From Eledone cirrhosa (lineage: Eukaryota), in assembly GCA_964016885.1 (NCBI GenBank), contig OZ024745.1, forward strand, positions 51,584,001 through 51,648,000: 64,000 nucleotides of DNA. The letters are read 5' to 3'. The translations under genes were made by a program, and so were the position numbers. Under the pieces are notes generated by a model. The model made no database searches. It was not told the origin of the DNA and saw only the letters and a program-made list of their open reading frames with translations. Shown here one piece after another: positions 1 through 13,290 of this stretch; the stretch's first letter is position 1; each line of letters opens with the position of its first letter.

Positions 1-460
1 GGACATATATGATACAATCATATGTTAGAATTAGCGCTTCAGGCGGAATCATGCCATATTTTGTGTGATTTTCGAATTCATATATATAAGATGATGAATG
101 ATTCCGATACAAATATTACAAAAATAGAAAAGGTTAATCGAATTTTCGTATTGATTGATCCGTCATCTCAGCTTGGTATGTATGATTCGTGAAAAGTTGG
201 AAAACTATAATCCCATACAATTTGAGATTACGAGAATTCGGAACATGAAATCTCTAAAGGTTTCGCCAAAAATAAGCGACCCAACTTTAGTTGTGAGCGA
301 TGAAATATTCTTATGGATAAAAAAAATTTGAGTGTGCTATTGAGCTTCTACAGAAAATTTGAATGTTGGGAACAAAGGACATCAGAGAGACTGAACATTT
401 AACGATTTATTGGAACTATGCATATACCTAAGTTTACATGTAGTAACCTGCTACCCGCAC

Positions 461-727
461 GGTAAAAAGGATTTGGAACTGCCATGAGGTCAAAGTGGTC
501 CCGATTGTCATAGGCGCACTAGGTACTATCTCAAAAAGTTTCCAGGGATGGTTAAAGAAAATTGGCCCCGACACGCTTTTTGGAACGCTTCAAAAGGCAT
601 GCTTGCTGGGAACAGCAAGAACCCTCCGATACGTCCTGAATATCTGAGGCTGCAGGTAGTGGCTTGATATTCATTTCAACAAACTTTCTAGTTAAATAAC
701 ATCAACGACTGAGACTCAAAGAACAAC
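461..727 (+). mobile_element. 3' fragment of R4/Dong-like RLE LINE (family 2)
   Basis: Translates VKRIWNCHEVKVVPIVIGALGTISKSFQGWLKKIG...LQKACLLGTARTLRYVLNI* (C-terminus of the restriction-like endonuclease). The 3' UTR matches 14625-14700 and 15742-15820 in reverse, and ends in (AAT)n. Confidence 0.85.

Positions 728-792
<65 letters not shown>
728..792. repeat. (AAT)n microsatellite
   Basis: Direct reading. Shared by the Dong 3' end (left) and the Tx1 element A 3' end (right). Confidence 0.98.
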
Positions 793-794
<2 letters not shown>

Positions 795-1029
795 TTTTCT
801 TTATTAACCACAAGGGTTTACATAAAGTAGACATTAAGGACAGTACAGGACAATACAGGACGGTACAAATGGGCATTTCTGCGTGTAAAACAGAGGATGA
901 AATAAAATAACAAAGAAAAATTCCCCAATAGGGGGGAGACTTCCGAGGGACATTTGTGGAGAAAGCCCATTAAAAGACCACAGTGGCCCTGACCACCAGG
1001 GCAAGTGCCCTCTCCCAGTTTTCCACCTT

Positions 1030-3880
1030 TAATTTACAGACACATACTCAGAGAAGGCCCATTCATTCGGGCCATACTGCTTCTCTCACCCATCTTTCAA
1101 CAAAATGCTGGGAAGAGAGCACTTCCCTCTCTACCCTGATTTTCCTTTTCAGATGAAATTTGAAAAAGTTAATCAGGGAATCACCGAAGAGGTAAGTGCT
1201 CGTCATCAGCCCTTTCAAACGTGTCCACCATACTATCTCTTTCGCCATGGCGACCAGACAGATAAAAACTGCCTGCCCTTCCCGGCTAAAGGAAGAGGGC
1301 GGGGCAATCCTCACGATGGACTCAGCTGATAGCTGGATCCGTCCTACACGTGACAGCAGGTGTTCGACATAAACCCACAAGTCAGCAATGCTCGGACACT
1401 GGACGAGTGCGTGCAGGACGGTTTCGTCGCCCTGTGCGCATCTCGGACATGCCCGGCTGACGGAACCTCCATGCCTGTAAAGTTTATCCCGAACTGGCAA
1501 AGCACCCCGGTAGCACTGCCAGGCCAGGGATTTCTGGAAGTTGCCCATAGGCCCCGGCCCGAAAGTCCTTCCGAAGACATTGGCTAGTAGATTTTCGTCG
1601 ACGCCTAGAGTTTCTCCAAGTACGTCGTCGCTCTTCCCCTCCACTAATCCCCTATAGAACGCCAAGGTGGAGTTTCCACCGATCACATTGCCCGATTGGT
1701 CGAGGGCTGTGAGCGCCTGAAGACATTCCAGTCTCCAAGTGCTCCCTCTCAGTCTTCGCTTGACCCAGGACTGCAGCTCCGTCAAGGAGACGAGCTGGGG
1801 AAAAACGTGTCTAGCAAACGGCGACCACACCTGATCACCGTCGAGGAAGAGGTGGAGATGTCGTAGCCTGAGCCCGTGTCTGCGCATCATCAGCCACGGC
1901 ATGCCCAGCCCTCCACGTAGCGGGTGTTGACAGCAGATGGACCGCCTAACCATCGGAGCGCGTCCCTTCCACAAGAAGCGAAAGAGCAAACGCTCCAGCG
2001 CAGTCAGGCGGGGCTTAGGACAAGGTACGACGGTCAGGCGGTAGTAGATGACGGACGCGATGTACGCGTTAGCCACCTCCGCTCGACCTTTCAGGGATAG
2101 CTTCCTCTCGGCCCATTTCTGGGTGAGAGAAGCCACCCTGCTCGTCACCTCGTCCCAGTTTTTGTCCGTCTGGAGGTCTGGACCGAACCAGACCCCTAGC
2201 AATTTAACCGGTCCGTCCGTCCAGCGCCCGACGACGCTGTTGGACGGCATGGACCTGCCTCTCCAGGTGCCGAGCTGCAGGCCCACTGACATTTCCTGGT
2301 TGATCATTGCTCCTGTCACCGCTTCGTATTCTCTTAGTGTAGTGCCGATCGCCTCGATGTGTTTGGCGTTCGACACCACTACGGTGACATCGTCGGCATA
2401 TGCTGACACGGATTTTCCGCATCCTAGTTCGCGCGGGACCCCCCTCAACGTCTCCAGTTTGTGCAGTAATGGCTCGAGAGTCAATACGTACAATAGGGAC
2501 GAGGGGAGACATCCTTGGCGGACCGAGCGCATGATGTTGAATGGTTCCGAAAGGTGACCGTTCACTCTCACTACAGAGCAGATGTCGCTGTGCATGGCAG
2601 CGATCCAGCCTCTGAAGACGGGCACAAAGCCAGCCGCCCTCAGGACCGCCGCTAGGTAACGATGGTCGACCCTATCGAAGGCTTTCCACTGATCTAAATT
2701 GATCATGGACCCACCCGTGCCAGGTTCCCTAGCTACCCTCTCTACGATGTATCGCATGAGGTGGAGGTTGTCGTGAATGGATCTGTCGGGAATGGCTCAT
2801 GTCTGTGCCTCTCCCACCAGACCACCAACGACAAGCGCCAACCTCTTTGCTAGCACCTTGGCCAAAATCTTGAACTCTGTGTTTAGCACAGTTATGGGCC
2901 TAAAATTATCTATATTATCCCCCTTGTTCGGATCCTTTCTCAGCAGCGCCACCGCTCCTCGGCCCACAGAGCTGGGAATTCTCCCGTTCTGTTGCCAGTT
3001 GCAGTAGACGTCCGCCAAGAGGCCTCCGAACAAGTTTGGCATTTGTACGTAAAGTTCATAGGGCAGACCATCCAAACCAGGCGATTTACCCCTTGTGCAA
3101 CTAGTCATTGCATCCTGTATTTCAGCGGTTGTTATCGGCTTTTCGCAACACTCTGCCTCAGTGGCCGAAAGCCGCGGCAGTCCGTCGAGGTAGACACTAA
3201 AGTCCATCCCTCGACCCGGCCCACCGCTGCCCCCGAACAGATGAGCGAAGTGTCGCTGAAAAGCTTCACACATTAACCCGGGATCGAGTAGCATGCGCCC
3301 GTCGTGGTCCACCAAAGACCGGATCGTGGCTTTGTTGCCACGACGCGCCTCCGCCACTCGGGCCCATTGAACGGCTTTCGTCCCCTCGTGTCTGAGAGCA
3401 CGCACCCTAGCTCTGACAACGCAGCCTTCGTGCTTTGCATTGAAGAATTGGTCAAGGGCCAATTTCGCCGCAAGTACGTCGGTCGCGATGCCTTTGCTAA
3501 GCGCCTCATCTAATTTTCTAACTAATTCTCCCTCTGCTCTATTTTTCTCTATTGCTAAAGTCTTACTAAACCTAATGGACTCTATTCTAATTGCTCTTTT
3601 CAGAGCAAACCACCACTTGTTGTTGACGATGGTCCCCGTCAAAGCCCGCTTAACTAGTTCGCTAATCCGGTCTCTGTAGGCCTTGCGCGCTGGTAAGGAC
3701 GCGTTTAGCTTCCAGTAGCCGGGTCCTCGCCTATGAAGCCTATCTAAGTCAAGCACACAGATCACGAATTTGTGGTCTGTGTAGCTGACTATCTTGAATT
3801 GTGGACAGCCTATGCTAGACCTATCTATTTCCCTACAAAATACTCTATCTAGATATGATCTGGATGACCCTATGCGATTT
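1030..3880 (-). pseudogene. Tx1-like ORF2 (partial APE + RT + zf), disrupted
   Basis: ORFs 2797-3915 and 1063-2757 with SYLDRVF/TDH (APE end), KSPGLDGLP, NFRPITVLN, KAFDRVDH, SAYADD. TGA near 2797, a frameshift near QGCP, and the N-terminal APE is missing. Confidence 0.9.
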
Positions 3881-5308
3881 TTTTCCGGATATCGTTTCCC
3901 ACTCCTCGTCGTCACAATCTGTCTCCAGTTGTGATAGGCCGGGGAGTGGAAAATCCTCCACAGCCGTTAGTTTTGGTTGTGGTGTGGTGGATGTTGTAGG
4001 CGCTGGTGGTAGTTCTGAAGCGTTGGGTGGTGGTGGTGTTGGTTTTGCTGGTGGTGGTGGTGGTGTTGGTTTTGCTACTGTGGCTGGGGTTGTTGCTGCT
4101 ATAGTTGCTTCTGTTGTTGCAGCTACAGTTGTTGCTGCCATCTCTGCTACTGGTGGTGTTGATGGTTGTGTCATTGGGGTGGGTAGGAGAGGTGGCCTCA
4201 ACCTTTTAGCCTGAGGGCAGAAAGCCCTTAGGTGGGTTCCTTCACCACAAACGACACACCTAGGTCTTCTGCCCTCGACAATTACCGTGAGGTGGCTGCC
4301 GTCAGTGAGGTCTATTACCTCTGGGATCTCCTCAATGCTTTTTTGGTCCGCTTGGATCAGGAGCTCCATCCCAGATCCGGACCAGTTCTCTTGCTTTTCT
4401 TTTGCCATTGCTATTATTTTTGTGTTGGTTTCGATGCCGGAGAGGACGGCCGCTATTAGCCAGGGAATTTCGATGGCCGGTGGAACGTGGGTCACCCTGA
4501 TCTTTACGAGTCTCTGGCCACAATAGCTTGGGACGAGTGTGAAGTCGTCACTTCTTAATGGGGCCATGGAGTGTTCTCTAGCCTCCTCTGGTGTTTCAAA
4601 GAACACGTCCACGGTTCCATACTTCTGCCCACGTCTGATGTGGGTTTTCCTTGCCCACACATGTCCCAAAGCTTTTTGGATTTGGGACTCGGATGCCCGT
4701 TCCACTCGGCGCGATTTTACATTTATTGTTCGATACGACACGGTGCATAGGCGCCGATGCTCCATTTTATTAGGGGGGGTGAGGCTGACCCTGTACCCAT
4801 CTTTCTTTACCATTTGTTTGGAATTTTCTAAATCCTCCTGAGTTACCGTAAATGCTTCGAACTGTTTTGCTACTCTGGCAAAACTGAGGGTGGTTTTTAT
4901 AATGTCATTGTTGTTGTTGTTGCTATCGTTATTTGTGTTAATATTAATTTTAGTTTCAGTTGTGGTGGTGGTGACGTCAGTCGTCTTTGGTGGGGAAGAG
5001 TCCATTTTGCTTGATTTCATTTCGACATCACGAGTTAATTTATTTTTTTCTTCTTTTGTTTCTGTTGTCGCGGTGGTGGTGGGGGTGGTGGTTGTCGCGG
5101 TGGTGGTGGTGGTGGAGGCTTTAACACCTGCAGTCATTGGTAATGGCGGGAAATGAATGTCTGCCTGAGACAAATTTAAAATATTGCTACTGCTTATATT
5201 TTTATTAGTGTTGGCAAACGTAGTAACATTTACAATGATGGTGTCGGTGTGAGGTGTTAATTTGTGAGGAAGGCTTTCAGCTGCTTGGTGCAGAGGTGAA
5301 TTAGACAT
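3845..5308 (-). CDS. Tx1-like ORF1p (nucleic-acid-binding gag-like protein) of element A
   Basis: Open frame from ATG 5308. T/N-rich N-terminus, RRM-like segment (KYGTVDVFFETPEEA), zinc knuckle CVVCGEGTHLRAFC, P/T-rich tail. Homologous to ORF1 of elements B and C. Confidence 0.8.
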   Translation of the reverse strand: MSNSPLHQAAESLPHKLTPHTDTIIVNVTTFANTNKNISSSNILNLSQADIHFPPLPMTAGVKASTTTTTATTTTPTTTATTETKEEKNKLTRDVEMKSSKMDSSPPKTTDVTTTTTETKININTNNDSNNNNNDIIKTTLSFARVAKQFEAFTVTQEDLENSKQMVKKDGYRVSLTPPNKMEHRRLCTVSYRTINVKSRRVERASESQIQKALGHVWARKTHIRRGQKYGTVDVFFETPEEAREHSMAPLRSDDFTLVPSYCGQRLVKIRVTHVPPAIEIPWLIAAVLSGIETNTKIIAMAKEKQENWSGSGMELLIQADQKSIEEIPEVIDLTDGSHLTVIVEGRRPRCVVCGEGTHLRAFCPQAKRLRPPLLPTPMTQPSTPPVAEMAATTVAATTEATIAATTPATVAKPTPPPPPAKPTPPPPNASELPPAPTTSTTPQPKLTAVEDFPLPGLSQLETDCDDEEWETISGKKSHRVIQIISR

Positions 5309-5516
5309 TTTTTTCAAAGAAATTTTTTGATAATCATAAAAGTTTAAATTTTGGGCACAAGGCCCCAATCTTTTTGGGTGTCCTTTTTGGAAAACAATGT
5401 ATGTGCGCTTATATATAGTTAACAATAAACATTTTCCATAAATGGCAATTCTTAACAAACGGAAATAACAAACCTTTGCGGAGCTCACGATGATACGATT
5501 TACTACGTAGGTCGCC

Positions 5517-5517
<1 letters not shown>

Positions 5518-5554
<37 letters not shown>
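5518..5554. repeat. (AAT)n microsatellite between Tx1 elements A and B
   Basis: Direct reading. Confidence 0.97.
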
Positions 5555-5557
<3 letters not shown>

Positions 5558-5829
5558 TTTCATTTATTAGCCACAAGGGCCGACATGTAGGGGACAATAC
5601 AAAGACAGGGACAGTGGGGGGCTTACAATAAGGTCGAGTAAAAGTGCACAATGGCAAGACTAATTTAACAATGAAAATATAAAAATATAAAATAAACTAT
5701 GCATAAATATAACAAAATAAATTCCCCGATAGGGGGTGGACGACCCTGGGGTGACTCGGATACCCACCAATCCTGAACCACCCTGCGCTTCTAGGGCACC
5801 CAGGGAGAGAACCCTTCTCCTCAAGTTAG

Positions 5830-8800
5830 CTAGCCTATAGGCGCATGGTCAGAATAGGCCCATTCACACGAGCCATTCTCGCAACATTCACCCACCTTAT
5901 GGCAAATGTACTGGGGGGGGGGGGGGGGCAGCACTTCTCTCTCCACCCTCACCTTCCTTTCCAGTTGAAACTTGAAGAATTTGATGAGGGATTGGCCGAT
6001 GAGAAAAGTGTCTGTCTTCAGCCCTTTTAACCTGGTCCACCATATAACCTCTTTCGCAACTGCCACCAGGCAGAGGAAAATTTCCTGCTCTTCCTGACCT
6101 AAGGAAGGCGGTGGATCGATCTTCACTATGGACTCGGCCGATAGCCGGATTCATTCCAAACGCAACAGTAGCTGTTCGACATAACTCCACAAGTCAGTAA
6201 TGCACGGACATTGGACAAGTGCGTGCAGAACGGTTTCGTCGTTCTGTGCGCATCTTGGGCAGATCCGTCTTACAGCACTTCCGTGCCTGTAGAGTTTATC
6301 CCGAACCGGCAGTGCCCCCCCGGTAGCACTGCCAAGCGAGGGATTTCTGGAAATTGTCCATCGTCCCCGGCTCAAAAGTCCTCCGGTACAGACTGGTTAG
6401 TTTGACTTCGTCGAGGCCCAAAGCTTCTCCGAGTGCGTCATCGCACTTTCCCACCACTAATCCTCTATAGAACTCGAGAGTAGAAGTTCCACTGATCGCA
6501 TTGCCCGCTTGGTAAAGGGCAGTGAGTGCCTGGCAACATTCCAGGTGCCACTCACCCAGTCTCGGTCTCTTCTCGACCCAGGACTGCAGCTCAGTCAAAG
6601 AAATGAGCTGCGGAAAGGCCCGTCTGATAAACGGCGACCACACCTGTTCACCGTTGAGGCAGAATATCTGGAGATGTCGCAGCCTCAACGCATGTCTGCG
6701 CATCATTAGCCACGGCATGCCCAGCCCTCCGCGTAGAGGGTGCTGGCAGCAGATAGACCGCCTCACCAACGGAACTTGTCCTCTCCACAAGAATTTGAAG
6801 AGGAGCCGTTCCAACTTGACGAGGCGCGGACGGGGGACAGGCACGACGGTCAGGCGGTAGTAGATGACGGACGCGATGTACGCATTCGCCACCTCCGCGC
6901 GATCTTTCAGTGATAGCTTCCTTCCAGCCCATTTTTGGGTGAGATGGCTACTCTGCTCGTTACCTCGTCCCAATTCTTTTCCACCTGGAGGTCTGGTCCG
7001 AACCAAACCCCGAGCAACTTTACCGGTCCGTCCGTCCAGCGCCCCACGACGCTGTTGGACTGCATGGGCTTGCCTCTCCAGGTTCCGAGCTGCAAGCCGA
7101 CCGACGTTTCCGGGTTAAGTTTGGCTCCTGTCAAACTTTCATATTCCTTCAATAAGGTGCCGACCACCTCGATTTCTGAGGTGTTCGACACCATCACGGT
7201 GATGTCGTCCGCATAAGCCAACACCGCCTTTCCACGTCCCGGTTCGAGCGGGATGCCCTGCAACAGCTCCAGCTTCCGCAGTAAAAGCTCGAGAGTCAAT
7301 ACGTACAGAAGGGAAGAGAGAGGGCACCCTTGACGGACCGATCGGGAAAGCCGAAATGGTTCCGAGAGGTGGCCATTAACCTTGACCATCGAGCGTGTGC
7401 CGCTGTGCATTGCAGCGATCCAGCTTCTGAAGACAGGGCCGAAACCAGCTGCTTTGAGGACAAACTCCAGATACCGATGGTCGACCCTATCTAATGCTTT
7501 CGATTGATCTAAATTGAAGCCAGGTTTACACCCTATCCTCTCTATGATGTATCGCATGAGGTGGAGATTGTCGTGTATGGACCTGGCTGGGATTGCGCAA
7601 CTTTGCGCCTCCCCAACCAAATCCTCGACGACAAGCGCCAATCTCTTTGCTAACACCTTGGCCAAAATCTTAAACTCTGTTGAGCAGAGTTATGGGCCTG
7701 ATGTTGTCTAATGTATCCCTGTTGTTCTCGACTTTCCTTATCAGCGTCACCACTCCCCTGCTCACATTCTGCTGCCAGTTGCAGTAAAGTGCTTCGAGGA
7801 GTTCGGAGAACAAGTCTGGCATATTTACGTAAAGCTCGTAGGGCAGGCCATCCAAACGGGATGACTTGCGCCTTATGCAGCCGACAAGGGCGTCCTGAAT
7901 TTCGGCTTAAGTAATCGGCCATTCGCAGCGCTCAGCGTCGACCGTCGAGATGCGCGGCAAGCCGTCAAGGTAGGGACTGAAATCCGCTACTCTCTCTAAA
8001 TCGCCACTCTCCCCGAACAACCGAGCAAAGTACTGGCGAAAGGTCTCACACTCCGCTTGGAATCGCTTATCTCGTGTCCGTCTCAGTCCGCCAAAGATCG
8101 AATTGTGGTTTTATTACCACGCTGCGCCTCCGCCACGCGGGCCCATCGAACAGCTTTGGTTCCTTCGTTTCTCAGCGCACGCGCCTTAGCTCTGACAATG
8201 CAACCTTCGTGTTTCGCATTGAAGAAATGGTTTAATGCCATTCTCGCCGCTAGCACGTCAGTTGCAATGCCACTACAAATAACCTCGTCTAACTTATCTA
8301 CCAGCTCCCCCTTCTCTCAATTTTTTTCTAACGCTAGTTCTTTGCTGAACTCTATCGAAGTTACTCTAATCTCTCTTTTGAGAGCCCCCCACCATCTGTT
8401 GTTGATGACCCCCCCCCCCCCCCTGTCAACTTTTGCTTAACTAAATTGTTGACTCGGTCCCTGTAAGCCTTACGTGCCGGAAATGACATGTTCAGCTTCC
8501 AGTAACCCGGTCCTAACCTACCCGCTTTATCTAGGTCGACCGTACAGATCACAAATTTGTGATCTCAATAGGTGACCGTTTTAAAAAGTGGGCAGCCCAC
8601 ACTATTTCTATCTATTATCCTAATGAATATCCTGTCTATATACGATCTAGATGACCCCATTCGGTTGGTCCATGTCCATACTGGCACATTGGGGAAATCT
8701 AGTCGATACCTGTCAGACAGTTGGAACTGGCTGAGTAGGTGCTTTTGCACCCTCCGCTCCTATCGGCTACTCCCACACAATCTCAGCGTGCGTCTAAGAT

Positions 8801-9232
8801 GCCATTCCAGTCCTCCGCTAACAGTAAAGGGCGAGACGTAGCCAGAAAGTTCTCCAGGCGCCTAAAGAAGTCCGGTCGTCCGTAGCCCGTAGGGGCGTAG
8901 ACGGCCAGCAGTCTAAAGGCACCACCTTCGCTACTGCTCACATCCAAGACCACCAACATACCATCCGGGTCCCGGAAGATCGACCTTACCTCGAGATCCA
9001 GTCCTTTCCTAAACAGCACTGCCACACCACCCCTCATTCCCGGTATGCTAACAGATGCGAAGATCTGATAGTCGTCGAATATAGAGGCTAGTGCGCGTGT
9101 GTCGGAAATTCTGGTCTCGCTGACGGCAATCACATCCATTTCCAGCGACCTGAAGTCGTTGAGCAGGCGACCCTGCTTCCAGGGTGACCCCAGGCCGCGA
9201 ACATTTAAACTTCCTTCTCTTAATATGGCCAT
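5830..9232 (-). pseudogene. Tx1-like ORF2 (APE-RT-zf) of element B
   Basis: Collinear ORF fragments 8783-9232, 8565-8750, 8361-8552, 7670-7855, 6907-7665, 6296-7006, 5830-6126. Confidence 0.88.
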
Positions 9233-9261
9233 ATTGGTAAGCTAAGAGAGAGAGGGAAGGT

Positions 9262-11244
9262 TTACTTATCTCCCGGGGTCTTGTGAAGGTCGGGTGGTTC
9301 GACCTCCATGGTTGGTGGGTTTCTTTTGGGAACCCCTTTAAAAGTCTTGATATGGGTTTCACATTCGGGGTTCCCACGTCTTGAGGAAAGCTCTCTCGAA
9401 TTTCTTTGAAGGAATTGAGTGATATTCGGACCAGAAGCAAATCTTCTGGCACGCAAAATGTGCTCATTTCAAAAATCTCCCCCTCTGTTTGAATGTCCTC
9501 GCTTCGTGCTAAGAGGGCCATCAGTTTATCGTTGGCCCTTCTGACAAGCACGGAGTTTTTAACATTTTGTTGGTGTGGTTTTATTTGTTTTCGTTTTGGT
9601 GCCTGTGGTGGTGATGATTTTGGTTGTGTTGTTTCGGGTATGTCTGTGTTTGTTGTAGGTGTGGTGTCTGCAATTTCAGGTATGTGTGTGTTTATTTGTA
9701 CTTGTGTTTGTTTAGGTTGTTTGCGTTTCGGGGATTGTGGAGGTGGTGTCGATGTTGCTGTTGGTGATGATGTTATTGGGGAAGTGTTTGCGTTAGTGGT
9801 GTCTGTATTTTTCGTTGTGTATGTTTTTGTGTTTTGTTATGGCTTTTATTTTGTGAGTTTTCTCTGTTTTTTTGCACTTTTGGGTTTTCCTTCATCTTCG
9901 CTGCTGGAAGACAAAGGGTCTGTGGCTGTGAGTGTCTCTGTGTCTGTGTGTGCGTTTATTGTTTTGTCTATGTGGGGGGTAGGGGGTAGGGGGAGTAGGA
10001 GAGCTTTCTTCGTTTTCCCCTTGGATTGGTTTTGGTGTTGGTGGTGATCCGGCTGTTTTTGATGTTGGTGTCCGTGTTTTTGTTGGTGTTGTTTTTGGTG
10101 GTGGTGGTGGTGCAGCTTTCCGTGCTGATACTGGCGTTGGCAACAAAGGAGGTTTGCGACCCCCTGCATTTTTGCGCTGAGGGCAGAAGTCTTGCAGATG
10201 CGTTGCTTCCCCGCAGACGAAGCACCGTGGCCTTCTTCCGTCAATGATTAGTTGGATTGTTGTCCTGTCCTGCAGGCGGGCAAAATCCGGGATGTTGTTC
10301 ATGTCCTCCGTTTTCATTTGGAGAAGAATCTCCAATTCCATTCCGGACCAGTCCTCTCTCTTTCTGTCCTTTTGATATCCAGGAGGGTAGTGTCTGTCCC
10401 CTCCTCGATTACGCATCCCAGCAACCACCATATGTTCATTCCTGGTTGGATGCTGGGAATGCGGACCATTACTGTCCTTTTACCCATGTAGGACGGATGC
10501 ATGATAATGCGTTCCGTTCTGCAGGGGGTCACCGAGTGCTTAATAGCGAGGGCCTCGGTTTTGAACAGTACCGAGATGGTACCGAACTGTTTGCCTCTTG
10601 CTTTATACTCTATGTTACTTCCGATGCACTCCAAAGCAGCTTCGACCTATGCTTGGCTGGCAAGTTCCACTTTTCGTGTCTGCACCGAAATGCATCGAAA
10701 GAACATCGTCCTCCTTTGCATGGCCGCTATTGCCTCGTCCGGGATGGTCATGTTTGCCCAGGAATTCTCCCGTTTAATTCGCCTCCACGCTTGGGCCAAC
10801 TGTTCGTCTTTATCACTAATATAAATATCAATATTCAATAAGCGCTTTGTTTTTGCTGGTGCTGCAGCAAATGTGGTGTTTCTGATGCTCTTGTTGTTGG
10901 TGTTGTCATTCTTGCTGTTGTTATTGGTGTTGTTGTTGTTGTTTTGTTTGCTGATGCTGTTACCACGGCCATCCGTGTTTGCATTGAAGCTGTCGGGGTT
11001 ATTGTCGTTATTGCTCTGAGTTGTTGTTGTTGTTGTGGTGTTGGTGGTGGTGATGTCATTTTCAGATGATACTGCTGCTGTCACAGAAGGTTGTGGTGGT
11101 AGCTTTTTAGTTTTGCTTTCACATTCAGTAGAGTGGACGACAGGCATGACTGTAGCCGTCGTAGTCGTGGTGAAATCTACAGTGGCTGCCTTTAAACTTT
11201 TGACCTGAACGTTGTTTACCGTTTCAAGTGTCGAAAATTTCCAT
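9262..11244 (-). pseudogene. Tx1-like ORF1 of element B
   Basis: Fragments 10647-11147, 10314-10634 and 9892-10431 align to ORF1 of A and C (RKVELAS.AQ, RGKQFGTISVLF, PSYMG, IIDGRRPRC). Confidence 0.8.
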
Positions 11245-11465
11245 AATTTTTTTTTTTGGTGGGGAAGCGTTTTTTTTTCGAAGTTTTTAAAAATAAATCT
11301 GAATATTCGGGCTTAAATCTAGATGTGTACCTTAAGTTTCGTTAACGACTAGAAAATACAAAAAATGACACTTTAAAACAGCTTAAAGTTACGAACCTTT
11401 TCCCCTGCAGATTTGTACTGTCTTCACACATGTGCGGCCATAATAATAATAATAATAATAATAAC

Positions 11466-12050
11466 AAAAATATTGAAGATGAGATGTCTACACAAATATG
11501 TGTCAAGGAGAAACGAGCCAATGCTTAAAGATGTATTGAAGGAGAAGACAAGAGAGCAGGGGATTTACAAGAAAGACCTTACAACAAAGGGAAAGAACAA
11601 CTCGATTGAAAAATAATTACATAGCATCTTTTTAAAGAAAACAGAATGCAGAGATCTGCAGACAGGGAAATGGTTAAAGAAAAGGGACCTTAAGAAAGCG
11701 ACAGAGAGAATGCTACTGGCTGCACGCGAGCAAGCCCTTAGAACGAAGTGGATAAAACTCCTTATTGACAAGGAGGAGGCTAGCCCGCTGTGTAGGATAA
11801 GTGGAGAGAGAGATGGATAGGAAACTGTATCTCATATTGTATCCCAAACTCACTATAAAGGATAAAGGCATAATATCATAGGAAAAGAGGTTGACGGGCA
11901 TTTATGCAAACTGAACAAATTACCTCATTCTGAGAAATAGTATGAGCAGAAGCCAGAGTCGCTGACATCAAACGACCCGGTGAAGGTGCTGTTGGATTAC
12001 AGGATACAAACACACAAAGACAATAGACATTACCTGCTTGATTATAGATG
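11466..12050 (+). mobile_element. Degraded R4/Dong-like LINE fragment
   Basis: Reads WLKKRDLKKATERMLLAAREQALRTK...PLCRISG...ETVSHIVS, homologous to the ORF at 16111-17409. Follows (ATA)n at 11440-11463. Confidence 0.75.
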
Positions 12051-13138
12051 TAACCTGCCACTTCGACACAAGTTTGCAGTGTAAGGAGAAGGAGACATTT
12101 TAATTTATTGTTCCATTTGAACGCAATGGGTCTCATCAATATTTATAAGCAACAGCAAATATCTGCAACAGTGCAACCGTCACATTGAACGAGAGCAACG
12201 AGTGAAGGCAACTTAACGAGCTGCGCGTGTTATTCATATAGTTACAGATTGAAAACATCATCAGCGAATCCATGCTCATTATACAACTCAACGATGTGTC
12301 ACTTGACATAAATGTTGTCGAATATCTGATAGTTGTGTGGCTTCGCCATGGAATCCGCTATGAGTGGCAACCATGTCACGTTTACCAGGGTTAAAATATT
12401 TACCTCTGTATTTAATGTAGCTTTTGGTCTGAAATATAGAGTGGCTTCTTTCTTGAATGTGGGTTCATCAGTAGGTTTGCCACACTTCAGCTCAAACCGG
12501 TAAGTGTACACTTAATCGCTTGTCAATTGCGATACAGACATGGCACGTCTGTCGGGAAAGCCCACATAATTTATCGGCAAATTTGCTGTTTAAACCATCA
12601 AATCCAGGTGCGTAACCACTCATGTAATCACTCCTCAATTTTCGTAACTCATCTGTCATTATTGGCTTCTCGTGCAGCTTGTCCTAGGAAAAGACGGGGT
12701 GTCCAATTGTGCAGGCGTTGTTGAATTACTCAGCCGCATATATAACACTCATATACATGTTATGTTAAAAGAAGTGTATATCGATGTCTAGGTCAGGTTA
12801 TATTCGGTGTAGGAAAGCGTTACTGATGATTTCATATTCATTGTTTTTCTTATGTGGAAAGCGTGTGTTACTTCGTATGACTGTTGTTGATGATTTTATT
12901 ATTTTCACGATATCATAAATATTATCAATTGAGCTATAGTAAATTTAAGTTCAGTTGACGTTTTTTCAGTTTTGGCTTTATGCATTCGATGCCAAATTAT
13001 ATACTATGGATTTTCTATACATATTTACTTGGAAGTAATTTGATAATTTCAACGTTTCCTTTGAGATTTATGTCCTCAGTTTTATAGTTTTTAATTCGCC
13101 AAATAATATATTCCTTTCGAAAACTTACCATTTTAATT

Positions 13139-13144
13139 CACACA

Positions 13145-13186
<42 letters not shown>

Positions 13187-13222
13187 CACACACACACGCA
13201 CAGACACACACACACACAGACA

Positions 13223-13282
<60 letters not shown>
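13139..13282. repeat. (CA)n microsatellite
   Basis: Direct reading. A second CA-rich tract lies at ~13524-13687. Confidence 0.97.

Positions 13283-13290
<8 letters not shown>

Larger units (their letters stand above)
793..5516 (-). mobile_element. Tx1/L1-clade non-LTR retrotransposon A (chimeric, internally deleted)
   Basis: ORF1 with CX2CX4HX4C knuckle, followed by the C-terminal part of the endonuclease, RT (YADD) and C-terminal zinc finger (CPRC..ETVLHALVQC). 3' end reads AATAAAGAAAAC(ATT)n; flanked by (TTA)n on both sides. Confidence 0.92.
5555..11439 (-). mobile_element. Tx1/L1-clade non-LTR retrotransposon B, near full length, decayed
   Basis: ORF1 pieces (knuckle CFVCGEATHLQDFC) from ~11244 to ~9262. 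ORF2 from 9232 (SLNVRGL, VSETR, VYAP, DWN, SYIDRI; RT LAYADD) to ~5830 with many frameshifts. (TTA)n on both sides; ends AATAAATGAAATC(ATT)n. Confidence 0.92.

Noticed and set aside
3845-5563. 572-aa ORF as listed, starting at 5563
   Set aside because: The N-terminal ~85 aa come from element B's 3' end, the (TTA)n tract and A's 5' UTR; the plausible start is ATG 5308.
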